A stretch of 52,812 nt of DNA, from the IMG/VR virus record IMGVR_UViG_3300020003_000061, positions 1 through 52,812 of that record; one strand, written 5' to 3'. This document shows, one piece after another, positions 1 through 7,989 of the stretch (its first letter is position 1; each line of letters starts with the position of its first letter). The notes beneath the pieces were generated by a model, which saw only the letters and a program-made list of their open reading frames with translations, was not told the DNA's origin and did not search any database. Made by a program: the position numbers and the translations under genes. Origin of the DNA: a virus. Its lineage: Duplodnaviria > Caudoviricetes.

Positions 1-143
1 AGGAGGCAGTGGTCAATGTGATCACGGCCCACCGTTCCGATCTCCACGACGTAGGCTACGAGCCCAGCACCACCACCGAAGGTGAGATCAAGGAACTCGA
101 CCGCATCCTCAACGAGTATGACGAGCGGAACACGCTCGACCGT
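1..143. repeat. Terminal direct repeat (assembly circularity overlap), copy 1
   Basis: 1-143 equals 52670-52812 except T17 vs G52686; an ORF reads through the junction. Confidence 0.97.
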
Positions 144-205
144 GGTGAGCTGAAGGAAGCCATCAAGGAAGCTCGTGAAGAGGAAGAGGAAGCCGGACAG
201 TCCTG

Positions 206-580
206 ATGGATCAAACCTTCCCGACTCTCTCGGTGAGGGTGGAAACACCTGATGGCACCATGTTCGTCCACATTCTGGAGGACGAGAAGGGGCTGCCGTG
301 CAAGGTGAACATCAACATCGGGAAGGCAGGCACGAATCTATCAGCGTGGGCCGACGCCTCCGCCCGGCTAGTATCGAGGTTGCTGCCGAATGTGCATGGC
401 GTGATCGAGGAGCTGACGGGACTCACCTGTTCTCGGTTCAAGCGCATGCCGCACGGTGAAATGATCAGGTCAGGACCGGAGGGCATCGCATATGCTCTGC
501 TGAAGTACAACGGGATGAAGTACAAGGAAAACAAGCCAAAGCGGAGGAGCGGTGCCGCGTCCGTCGGAGATTACGAGTGA
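206..580 (+). CDS. Stand-alone TSCPD-like domain protein (class II ribonucleotide reductase C-terminal domain-like)
   Basis: VETPDGTMFVHI...IGKAGT...ADASARLVSRLL...IEELTGL...IRSGPEGIAYAL follows the TSCPD domain pattern. Confidence 0.7.
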   Translation: MDQTFPTLSVRVETPDGTMFVHILEDEKGLPCKVNINIGKAGTNLSAWADASARLVSRLLPNVHGVIEELTGLTCSRFKRMPHGEMIRSGPEGIAYALLKYNGMKYKENKPKRRSGAASVGDYE

Positions 581-755
581 AGATGAAATCCCCTCGGGTT
601 GGTGGGGCGAAGAACACCTGAGGGGGTCGAAGGAATTGCTGATCCTACACAAAGGCGCCGAGCCGAAAGGTTCCGTCGAAGTGGACAGCTACGAGGAGAA
701 GGTAGCATGGCTGAAGATCTTGGCTATACTGAACTCGACTTTAGAGCAGCCCTGA
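552..755 (+). CDS. Hypothetical protein
   Basis: GGAGG RBS before a GTG start; fills the gap between neighbours. Confidence 0.5.
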   Translation: MPRPSEITSEDEIPSGWWGEEHLRGSKELLILHKGAEPKGSVEVDSYEEKVAWLKILAILNSTLEQP

Positions 756-1054
756 AGTTTGCTGAGGATGATCCGAATGGGCCAGGCGAGCGAACGAAGC
801 GAGTGTTTGCTCACCTTCAGAAATCCGGCCAGTTTACCAACTGGGATTTGATCTGCTTCTCGACTGAGTATCTTGCCAGTCAAGTGGGCGTGTTGTCCTG
901 GCTTGAGACACCAGTTAAGTGGCTGATACGTCTCGTTTACATCGCACACTATATCAGGTTCGAGGGAATTTCATGGTTGGACAGTGGGGTGATTTCGGCT
1001 CCGGATCAGTCATCAAAGACGGAATCAGATGGGGCGTCCACTACTGGCCCATAA
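707..1054 (+). CDS. Hypothetical protein
   Basis: GAGGAG RBS upstream of ATG707 (MAEDLGY...). Confidence 0.55.
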   Translation: MAEDLGYTELDFRAALKFAEDDPNGPGERTKRVFAHLQKSGQFTNWDLICFSTEYLASQVGVLSWLETPVKWLIRLVYIAHYIRFEGISWLDSGVISAPDQSSKTESDGASTTGP

Positions 1055-1374
1055 GCGGATTCAAGCTACACTTCACTGACGAGCATGAGTTCAGGAACAT
1101 TGATCCGAACAGTCAGGAGGATATGAAGGCTTGTGTCTACGCATGGGGAGGACCGAAACCATCTTGGATTTCAAAAGTGAGATTGGGATTCGACAGCGAA
1201 CGTCAGCAGATGATGATAATGTTCTTGGAGAAGCGCTTTGACCCGAGTCTCAGTAAGGTTCCCGATACCGGGACTAGCGGCAGAGATGAGAAGGCTGATC
1301 CAGAAGAAGTGGCCGACGCACCCGCTGCTGATCAGTCGCCCGGCGATCAACTTCATGGCATGGAGGAAGTCTGA
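973..1374 (+). CDS. Hypothetical protein
   Basis: GAGGG RBS before ATG973; acidic C-terminus. Confidence 0.55.
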   Translation: MVGQWGDFGSGSVIKDGIRWGVHYWPISGFKLHFTDEHEFRNIDPNSQEDMKACVYAWGGPKPSWISKVRLGFDSERQQMMIMFLEKRFDPSLSKVPDTGTSGRDEKADPEEVADAPAADQSPGDQLHGMEEV

Positions 1375-1377
1375 AGC

Positions 1378-1866
1378 ATGGGTTACAGTAAGAACGAAGC
1401 CTCAATCAACCGAGTGAAGCCGTTGCTGGACCAGATGGTGGCAGCCAAGGCTGATCTGACGTGGCCCACCAAGGACGCGCACATGCTCGGGTATCACTTG
1501 CGCGAGGCCATGACACTTGCCAAGAGAATTGGTAAGGCACCATACGATAAACTCAAAGACAAGTTCACGATCCGCAATCGTGGTGATCGCGTGGTCGCAG
1601 AACTGAAAGTGATCGAGACTGTGCAAGCACTTCAACAACTCATGAGCAAGATGGAACTCCCGGAGCTGCATACCGCAGTCGAGATCGTTGGCGCAGCCAT
1701 CGCTCATGATGCAGGACAAATCTATTTCCCTGACGCTGTGCTGATGGACGATGATAAGAACACGCTCTATAACTGGACGAGCAAGCACGGCTACCACATC
1801 ATCGTGGCTGAAGTGGGTGTGACCATTACGAAGGACGATCCAGGCGAGGCTGCATGGACGCCATAA
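1378..1866 (+). CDS. Hypothetical protein
   Basis: GGAGG RBS; 162 aa ORF in an operon-like arrangement. Confidence 0.75.
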   Translation: MGYSKNEASINRVKPLLDQMVAAKADLTWPTKDAHMLGYHLREAMTLAKRIGKAPYDKLKDKFTIRNRGDRVVAELKVIETVQALQQLMSKMELPELHTAVEIVGAAIAHDAGQIYFPDAVLMDDDKNTLYNWTSKHGYHIIVAEVGVTITKDDPGEAAWTP

Positions 1867-2228
1867 GGATGATGAAGGAAGAATCTGATATAATCCCGAG
1901 AGTATTCGTGACCAACTACGCGGGTCATGACTACTCAGCATTGAATAGGTATGGGAAACAAGTCTTCATCACACGAGGATTCATCAGCTTCCAGGGTCTG
2001 GACCGTGTGAAGTTTCAAGTAGCACAGGGTATGATGGACTCTGGACCGGAGGATTGGCTGGCACTGAGTGGTACAAACGTGCTCAACGTAATAGCTGCCG
2101 TGCTCTGGTATCAGCGACACGGTAAGGTGAAGGTGCTCAACTACGATAAAGAGACTCGTCAGTACAGAGAGTTGATTCTCACAGAGGAAAACAATGGCCA
2201 GCTCTTCGCCGTCCTCTCCAGCTCCTGA
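1854..2228 (+). CDS. Hypothetical alpha/beta protein (possible Csx3/half-SAVED-like fold)
   Basis: 124 aa ORF; DWLALSG...VIAAVLW...VKVLNYDK..RQY pattern; the fold call is speculative. Confidence 0.6.
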   Translation: MDAIRMMKEESDIIPRVFVTNYAGHDYSALNRYGKQVFITRGFISFQGLDRVKFQVAQGMMDSGPEDWLALSGTNVLNVIAAVLWYQRHGKVKVLNYDKETRQYRELILTEENNGQLFAVLSSS

Positions 2229-2553
2229 ATACCTGAAGGCGCTTTACGAGCGAGAGAAGGCAGACTTCTTCGACCGTAATCACAATAGGTATTTCATTCC
2301 ACCACACACGATGCGTGGTCTCGATCGGTATGTGATGGGACAAGTCAGACCAGGTAGCTTCTTGTACGGTGTGTTGACTAACGATCTGAAGTGCGCCATC
2401 ACGTCGGCGGACGACTTGAACTTGACAAATCTGCACGCTGTTGTTATATTCGTAGTCAACGTCCTACCCGTGGATATTCAAGGTTCGCCGGAGAAGGTAA
2501 ACGCCTGGCTCTCAGACGAGGTCAATGCCCACCCAAAGAGCAACGGTTCGTAA
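2194..2553 (+). CDS. Conserved phage hypothetical protein
   Basis: IPPHTMRGLDRYV...PGSFLYGVLTNDL..A...AD..N...GSPEKV.AWL pattern familiar from phage hypotheticals. Confidence 0.75.
   Translation: MASSSPSSPAPEYLKALYEREKADFFDRNHNRYFIPPHTMRGLDRYVMGQVRPGSFLYGVLTNDLKCAITSADDLNLTNLHAVVIFVVNVLPVDIQGSPEKVNAWLSDEVNAHPKSNGS
2422..2450 (+). promoter_or_regulatory. Sigma70-type promoter inside a coding region
   Basis: TTGACA-17 nt-TATATT with extended -10 TG; same design as the promoters at 44526, 46691 and 48674. Confidence 0.75.
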
Positions 2554-2752
2554 GAGCGTAGAGTTGACAGAGGAAAATGTCAGCTGGTTCTACGAAACCT
2601 ATGGCGACATCAGTAACAACGCTTCCTTGTCGTGGGTGTTGGATCTGATGCTCGAACAGTTCAGGCATGCACACGACAAGACGCCAGCAGAACTGGCGGC
2701 CATAGGCGCGGCGGAACTCAAGAAGGTTCTCGCTGGAAGGGGGGCAGCATGA
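2525..2752 (+). CDS. Putative ribbon-helix-helix DNA-binding protein
   Basis: TVRKSVEL strand, helix, then SLSWVLDLML helix: RHH-like layout. Confidence 0.5.
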   Translation: MPTQRATVRKSVELTEENVSWFYETYGDISNNASLSWVLDLMLEQFRHAHDKTPAELAAIGAAELKKVLAGRGAA

Positions 2753-3000
2753 AGATGATACCATGTCCAGAGGCTGGTGATAGAGTAATCATCGGCCCGT
2801 TCAAAGCGACCGAGCCCGGCACCGAGGATATTCCCGAGACGGAAGCCAAGGTCGTGGTAGACGAACAGACTGACCATCCCATCTACGATTTCGACGAAGA
2901 CAACTGGCAAGTTGCAGTTGACATCAAGGATGAAGGTGCTGACCTGACCTTCAATATTAGGTGGGATGAGATCGCAGGAGCCTGGCGAGATGCCGAATGA
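2749..3000 (+). CDS. Hypothetical acidic protein
   Basis: ATGA-coupled to both neighbours. Confidence 0.65.
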   Translation: MKMIPCPEAGDRVIIGPFKATEPGTEDIPETEAKVVVDEQTDHPIYDFDEDNWQVAVDIKDEGADLTFNIRWDEIAGAWRDAE

Positions 3001-3275
3001 TTCCCTCTTCAGTAGCGAAGAAGGTCGTGGCTCGCTTCGAGAAGGCGGTTCACGCTCGCGCATGTGCCCATGCGGCAGGAGCGTCGGATCATGCCATCAC
3101 GTTCGAGTATCGCCAGTCAAAGCGAGAACTTCTCGCGCTCCTTCACCTTCTAAGAACGGGGGAAAATCCAGACAACAGCATGGAGATGCCATTCTCGATG
3201 CGGCCCTCACCGCCAAGCCAACCGGCTGGGACGGTCGGATCAAACGAGCCAAAGAACCCGAGTCCTAGACCATGA
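2997..3275 (+). CDS. Hypothetical protein
   Basis: ATGA-coupled to both neighbours. Confidence 0.55.
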   Translation: MIPSSVAKKVVARFEKAVHARACAHAAGASDHAITFEYRQSKRELLALLHLLRTGENPDNSMEMPFSMRPSPPSQPAGTVGSNEPKNPSPRP

Positions 3276-4273
3276 CGGCAACTCTCCCAGTTCCAAACGA
3301 GATACGCGAGTATCCGAACCCACAGTTCATGAAGAGATTCAAGCGTCATGAACCATTGGTGATGGATCACTCAGCGATCATCATAGCCAAGACGTGTACC
3401 CGAAAGTATTTCTACCGGATCGTTCTTGGCTTCGCGCCTCGATTCCGACCGCAGTATTTCGGATTCGGTTCGTGTTACCACAAGTTCAGAGAAGTCCTGG
3501 AGCGGAAGTGGATGAACGATCCGCGCCCGCACCTGGAGAAAGTGATAGATCAGGACTTCCAGATGAAGTGCTTCGCTGAAGCAGTCTCCGCAACGCGTAG
3601 CCTCTGGAAGCTGTTGGGCATGAAAGATCCTATCGTCGGTGACAAGTGGGACTTCATGACCGAGGCACGGTTGGTGGAGTCCTGTGCTGTTGCATTCAAG
3701 CACTGGCAGAAGGAGAAGATTCAGAACAGGATCGAAGTGATCGCGATCGAACAGAACTTCATCGTTCCGCTCCCGGATGGTTCGTGGCGTGGAGGGAAGA
3801 AGGATCAGATCACCCGCTGGAATCAGAAGGTGTGGGTGCGAGACTGGAAAACTTCCTCGAAGACACAGGACGCTTACTACGCACGCACCCTCGATCCGAA
3901 CGACCAGTTCATGGGGTACGCATACGGAGCACAGCACCTGTGCGGTGAGCCTGTACAAGGTGTACTCGTGGAGGTTCTGTTCAACGCGAAGGGCACGAAG
4001 AAGGAACCAAAGAAGGGTCCAGAACTCCATCCACACATCTCATCTCGTTCCCAATCTCAGATGCAGCAATGGGAGAAGGAACAAGTTACCTTCAACAAAC
4101 AGCTAAATGTCGCTCGCGAAGATGATGTTTGGCCGATGGAGGAACGCTCCTGCCCGTTCTGCGAGTATCACTCTGTATGCACACGGGCGAGTGAGGCAGC
4201 ACAGATGGCAAAGCTTGAAGCAGAGTTCGTGGTTGAACCGTGGAATTTCCTTAGCCGTGAGGTGGACGACTAA
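3272..4273 (+). CDS. PD-(D/E)XK nuclease, Cas4/RecB-like exonuclease
   Basis: N-terminal C-x-RKYFY, GS.YH, IEQ, GKKD, RDWKTS, Q.MGY and C-terminal CPFCEYHSVC (four-Cys Fe-S layout). Confidence 0.88.
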   Translation: MTATLPVPNEIREYPNPQFMKRFKRHEPLVMDHSAIIIAKTCTRKYFYRIVLGFAPRFRPQYFGFGSCYHKFREVLERKWMNDPRPHLEKVIDQDFQMKCFAEAVSATRSLWKLLGMKDPIVGDKWDFMTEARLVESCAVAFKHWQKEKIQNRIEVIAIEQNFIVPLPDGSWRGGKKDQITRWNQKVWVRDWKTSSKTQDAYYARTLDPNDQFMGYAYGAQHLCGEPVQGVLVEVLFNAKGTKKEPKKGPELHPHISSRSQSQMQQWEKEQVTFNKQLNVAREDDVWPMEERSCPFCEYHSVCTRASEAAQMAKLEAEFVVEPWNFLSREVDD

Positions 4274-4639
4274 ATGCCTGCACCGCGCCCTGCAACTGTG
4301 GTCATGATCGCGTTCGCTACAGGCTCCGTCACGATTCAGTGTCGCAAGACGAAGCCAGAGGTGAAGGCGCTCATGAATGTACCGTACTTCGAGCGGGTTC
4401 CTCTCAAGGATTACATGCCTGGCTCGGACGGCCCGTCCTTCGAGATGGTGCCCAACCTCGTCAATATTCCTTCCATCAGCGAGACTGACGTGAAGGAAGA
4501 TCCTCGGTCGGCTGACATCAAGTACCGACTCACCAACGAGGAGATCGAGTTCGCCCGCAAGGACGTGGTGTTCTGGAGTGTGAGTGAGGCTGTTGATCCT
4601 CCACTCGTCCTAGAAGTACCAGCGAGGGTATTGCGATGA
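4274..4639 (+). CDS. Hypothetical protein
   Basis: Abuts both neighbours; 121 aa. Confidence 0.7.
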   Translation: MPAPRPATVVMIAFATGSVTIQCRKTKPEVKALMNVPYFERVPLKDYMPGSDGPSFEMVPNLVNIPSISETDVKEDPRSADIKYRLTNEEIEFARKDVVFWSVSEAVDPPLVLEVPARVLR

Positions 4640-5580
4640 CAGGTATTCTCCGACCAGGGGATCTCAAAGCCAAGCAAGACTTGCAAGGTTACGATCCCCT
4701 GAAGGACCCGGCAGCACCTGTGATGTTCCAGATGCTGGACGAGATCAAACCCTGGGAATCAGTCATCATGTTGTATTATGGTGGCTCCGGGGTTGGAAAG
4801 TCAGTGTTCGCAGGAACATGCGGCCCGCGCACACTCATCATTAACATCGGTAACGGTATCACACCGTTGCTCTCAGGGTGGGCACGCAAGAGATACTACC
4901 AAGACGGCCTGCCCATCGTCGCCACAATCAGCGAAGAGATGGACCGCAAGACTGGCTTCTTCGTCGCTGCTGATGCCTTCGACAAGGTGAAGCGTGCAAT
5001 AGATTGGGCGATGGACAAGTTCCCAGATCGGTTCGACACCATCGCAGTTGACGACGCCACAGCCTTGAAGGCGTTTGCTATGAACAAGGGACTGGAGGTC
5101 AACGAAGATTTCCAGCGTTCCAAGACGGCGGCGCAGGCGAAGAAGGAAAAGAATTACGGCCTCTACATTCCCGCTGTGCAGGACTACGGTGCCGAGATGG
5201 ACTTCATTGACAAGTTCTGCGCGGACACCGTGAAGTTCTGTCGCGAGGAGAAGAAGCACTTCGTCCTCACTGCACACGAGCGTTTCACCTACAAGGCACT
5301 CAAGGATCAATCCGGCAAGAAGATCGGTGAGGAGATCGACAAGACACGTCCCGGCTTCACTGGTCGCACCTTCCCGGATGAAATCACCGCACACTTCGAT
5401 CTGGTCTGGCGTGCCGAGGCGATCCGCACTGGTGGTGGCTCGGTGTATCGCGCACAGACTGAGGATCGCATGAACATCAAGGCCAAGACGAGGTATCCTG
5501 GGGTATTCAAGGACCCAGAGATCGAACCCAACTTCCTGAAAATCGTCGCGCAAATCAAGGCGGCGAACCCACCCGCGTAA
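4636..5580 (+). CDS. AAA_24/Sak4-like ATPase (phage recombinase)
   Basis: Walker A YGGSGVGKS, Walker B IAVDD, LTAHE, FDLV, AKTR; lies between a nuclease and an SSB-like gene. Confidence 0.85.
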   Translation: MTGILRPGDLKAKQDLQGYDPLKDPAAPVMFQMLDEIKPWESVIMLYYGGSGVGKSVFAGTCGPRTLIINIGNGITPLLSGWARKRYYQDGLPIVATISEEMDRKTGFFVAADAFDKVKRAIDWAMDKFPDRFDTIAVDDATALKAFAMNKGLEVNEDFQRSKTAAQAKKEKNYGLYIPAVQDYGAEMDFIDKFCADTVKFCREEKKHFVLTAHERFTYKALKDQSGKKIGEEIDKTRPGFTGRTFPDEITAHFDLVWRAEAIRTGGGSVYRAQTEDRMNIKAKTRYPGVFKDPEIEPNFLKIVAQIKAANPPA

Positions 5581-5616
5581 CGCGGAGCAGTTTAACCCCA
5601 AAGAGGAGCGGAAAGT

Positions 5617-6147
5617 ATGAGTCGCTACACGCATGACCCGACACAGGTGATCGCCTCGTTCGTCACCCTCCCCAAGGATGACTACGAGTTCGAGGTCGGG
5701 AAGCCCCGCGCTTTCGAGCGGACTGCCAGAAAGGGGCATCAGTCTTACGGCATCCGCGTCCCGCTCAAGGTGATTTCCAGTGGCGCCGAGAACGGGAAGA
5801 AGACGATGTACACCCTCTATCTCCACAGTGAGGGTGGGCAGCAGATGGCCAAGCGCTTCCAGATGGCTGCTGCAGGATTCACCGCCATCAACGAGAAGAG
5901 CGAGAAGGCGTTCGACAACGATCCCAACATCGCCGGTGCTGACTGGGGTTACGATCCCGAGAACGGCGAGGTCGGAACGGGGTGGGCTCAGTACGAGGGC
6001 CTGCGTCTCGCTTGCGACGTGGACATTGACCAGGCAAAGGACCCGGTCACTGGCCAGCTGTCGGTTGACGAGAAGACCGGGGAACCCATCATGCAGCAGA
6101 CGTGGGGAACCTGGCGTCCGCTCGAAGGTGCAGCGGTAGGCGCGTAG
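5617..6147 (+). CDS. Single-stranded DNA-binding protein (DUF669-like)
   Basis: LPKDDYEFEV N-terminal motif, beta-rich; follows the Sak4-like gene; GAGGAG RBS and strong codon bias. Confidence 0.6.
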   Translation: MSRYTHDPTQVIASFVTLPKDDYEFEVGKPRAFERTARKGHQSYGIRVPLKVISSGAENGKKTMYTLYLHSEGGQQMAKRFQMAAAGFTAINEKSEKAFDNDPNIAGADWGYDPENGEVGTGWAQYEGLRLACDVDIDQAKDPVTGQLSVDEKTGEPIMQQTWGTWRPLEGAAVGA

Positions 6148-6148
6148 T

Positions 6149-6673
6149 GTGAGGGCGGGTGCGTTGGGCCATGAAGTCTGGCGCGCCCGCGTCTTACTCT
6201 GGCGTCGGTTACATCCAGACCCGCGTTGGCAGCGGGGAAAGTATGATCCAAGTAAGGTCCGCGCGGCTCCATTACGGTGTCGCAAGTGCCATACCACCGA
6301 AGGAGTGACGAGGCATCATAAAGGCCATGAATATCTCTTCGCTTGCTTCATGCCCGAATGGTACGCTTCAAGGTATATACGCTTTGATCGCTCTGATTGG
6401 GTTCCTCTTTGTAGTGATCGCTGTCATCCTCGCATTCACGATCTCTATGCACCGATCGTGGATGAGATTAAACTCTATTTCGATGAGTGCCTTAAGGAGG
6501 TTAGGTACGACAAGTCCGATGTAGATTGTGAGAATCCGATCTTCGTGTGGTATCACATGCCAGATCGTCGTGTCCTCGAAAGCTTTCGCAAGCGGTTGAT
6601 AACAAAATGCGACTTGTGGCTTGCGAAGAAAAACAGAAAATATCGTCGCGGAAAGTATAAGGATCACAGATGA
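6149..6673 (+). CDS. HNH-type endonuclease-like protein
   Basis: CRKC...TRHH...WVPLCSDRCHPRIH zinc/HNH layout; lower GC than neighbours. Confidence 0.6.
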   Translation: MRAGALGHEVWRARVLLWRRLHPDPRWQRGKYDPSKVRAAPLRCRKCHTTEGVTRHHKGHEYLFACFMPEWYASRYIRFDRSDWVPLCSDRCHPRIHDLYAPIVDEIKLYFDECLKEVRYDKSDVDCENPIFVWYHMPDRRVLESFRKRLITKCDLWLAKKNRKYRRGKYKDHR

Positions 6674-6885
6674 GATGGCATAAGGCAACGCCACTAACTG
6701 TGGATGACTTCACGAACCTTGCCCAAGGTCGCATCATCGAGCATGTGATTCGAGACCAGCGTGTGCCACTAGATGAAGGTGGCTTCCTGGATTTCCAGAT
6801 TGCCTTCAAGATCTTAGGAGTGAATGCTTACATCGGCTTCCACGACCAGCAGCCTTACGTCCTGAAGTACTGGATACCCGTCTGA
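6670..6885 (+). CDS. Hypothetical protein
   Basis: ATGA-coupled to the HNH gene. Confidence 0.55.
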   Translation: MRWHKATPLTVDDFTNLAQGRIIEHVIRDQRVPLDEGGFLDFQIAFKILGVNAYIGFHDQQPYVLKYWIPV

Positions 6886-6886
6886 T

Positions 6887-6901
6887 CTTTAGCCACTAAA
6901 G
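6887..6901. promoter_or_regulatory. Dispersed palindrome CTTTAG-N3-CTAAAG
   Basis: CTTTAG CCA CTAAAG, immediately before the groES RBS. Confidence 0.75.
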
Positions 6902-6912
6902 TTGAGGACCAC

Positions 6913-7359
6913 ATGCTTGAAATGTACGACAACAAGGTCGCGGTGATTCCGCTCTTTGATCGCGATGTTTCGCCCGGCGGTATCATCATCCCCGAGATGG
7001 CGAAGGAACGCTGCGACCAAGGCATCGTCAAGTACTGCGGTCCAAACTGTAAGTGGCTCAAGCCTGGAGACTATGTTCTCTTCTCCGGGTACACCGGCCA
7101 AGCGATACGTGATGAAGTGGAGGGAACACTCATCATGTTCCGCGAGGATTCCGCAGTCGCCATCATTGCTGATGATAGACTGCCCACCACCGAAGTTCCA
7201 GGTCTCTACTTCAAGGGACCAGACGGATACTTCCCTGCTAACTACGAGCAGGCGATGGCCTTCATCGCTCGTGCTCTGGACGAGTCAGGCTGGAACGCAA
7301 CACTGAAATCGAGGAACATGGAGGATCACCGTCCGAAGGAGGATTATGCCAAGAGGTGA
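6913..7359 (+). CDS. groES: GroES-like co-chaperonin with C-terminal extension
   Basis: NKVAV...SPGGIIIPEMAKE..DQGIVKYCGP...LKPGDYVLFSGYTG...LIMFREDSAVAII. Confidence 0.9.
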   Translation: MLEMYDNKVAVIPLFDRDVSPGGIIIPEMAKERCDQGIVKYCGPNCKWLKPGDYVLFSGYTGQAIRDEVEGTLIMFREDSAVAIIADDRLPTTEVPGLYFKGPDGYFPANYEQAMAFIARALDESGWNATLKSRNMEDHRPKEDYAKR

Positions 7360-7594
7360 ACGTGGTACTGTACAAGAGGATCGCGAACTCAAGATCCTCA
7401 AGTCCTTCACATACAACAAGTCCGAGCCCGAGGACTATTCAAAGTATGTGCAGGTAGGCGACGCCCTGCAAGCAGCGGCGGAAAGAATCATCGAGAGCGC
7501 TCCCGACTGCGCAGACAGGACCACGGCCCTCCGCTGTTTGCGTGAAGCTCGAATGTGGGCCAATGCTGCAATCAACCTGAAGGGTCTGGTATGA
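7346..7594 (+). CDS. Acb2/Tad1-like helical hairpin protein (putative immune-signal sponge)
   Basis: FTYN.....Y....A..II...PD.ADRTTALR.LREARMWANAAI matches the F-x-Y-H...P-x-S-R-E...MWANAAIA hairpin family pattern. Confidence 0.62.
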   Translation: MPRGERGTVQEDRELKILKSFTYNKSEPEDYSKYVQVGDALQAAAERIIESAPDCADRTTALRCLREARMWANAAINLKGLV

Positions 7595-7989
7595 GCAAGA
7601 CCTACGAAGGGAAGCACAAGTACGCGGAGGTCGCTGAGTTCGTGTTCATCGCAATGAGCGTCTGGGATCGTCAGAACGGACGCGAGTCGAGGGACTGGAA
7701 CACGATCTCGGTAACCGACCGTGCGGAGTACCGGCAACGTGTACAAGACTACGACGAAGGGAAGTCGCAGGAGAGTCCCAAGGATGAGCGCGAGGCGATG
7801 GAGCGTAAGCTCCTCAACATGCTCCTCCCAACTTCCAACAAGACTCCGAAGAAGGAAGAGAAGAAGCCGGAGCCGATCACAGTCACGGCTGAACCGGAGC
7901 GCGTTGGTGTCGCTCACAAGCCAGTCGAGGGTACGCTCACGTCCCCGATTGCGGAGCAGCCGAAGCCCGAAGGTAAGACGATCAAGTGA
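7591..7989 (+). CDS. Hypothetical protein
   Basis: ATGA overlap with the upstream gene; Lys/Glu/Pro-rich tail. Confidence 0.7.
   Translation: MSKTYEGKHKYAEVAEFVFIAMSVWDRQNGRESRDWNTISVTDRAEYRQRVQDYDEGKSQESPKDEREAMERKLLNMLLPTSNKTPKKEEKKPEPITVTAEPERVGVAHKPVEGTLTSPIAEQPKPEGKTIK

Noticed and set aside
1-143. 143-bp terminal repeat as a biological DTR
   Set aside because: It falls in the middle of a gene and has a k-mer-like length; best explained as an assembly overlap of a circular contig.
4873-6297. 474-aa antisense ORF
   Set aside because: Shadow of the codon-biased Sak4-like and SSB genes; no motifs and runs against the transcription direction of the arm.
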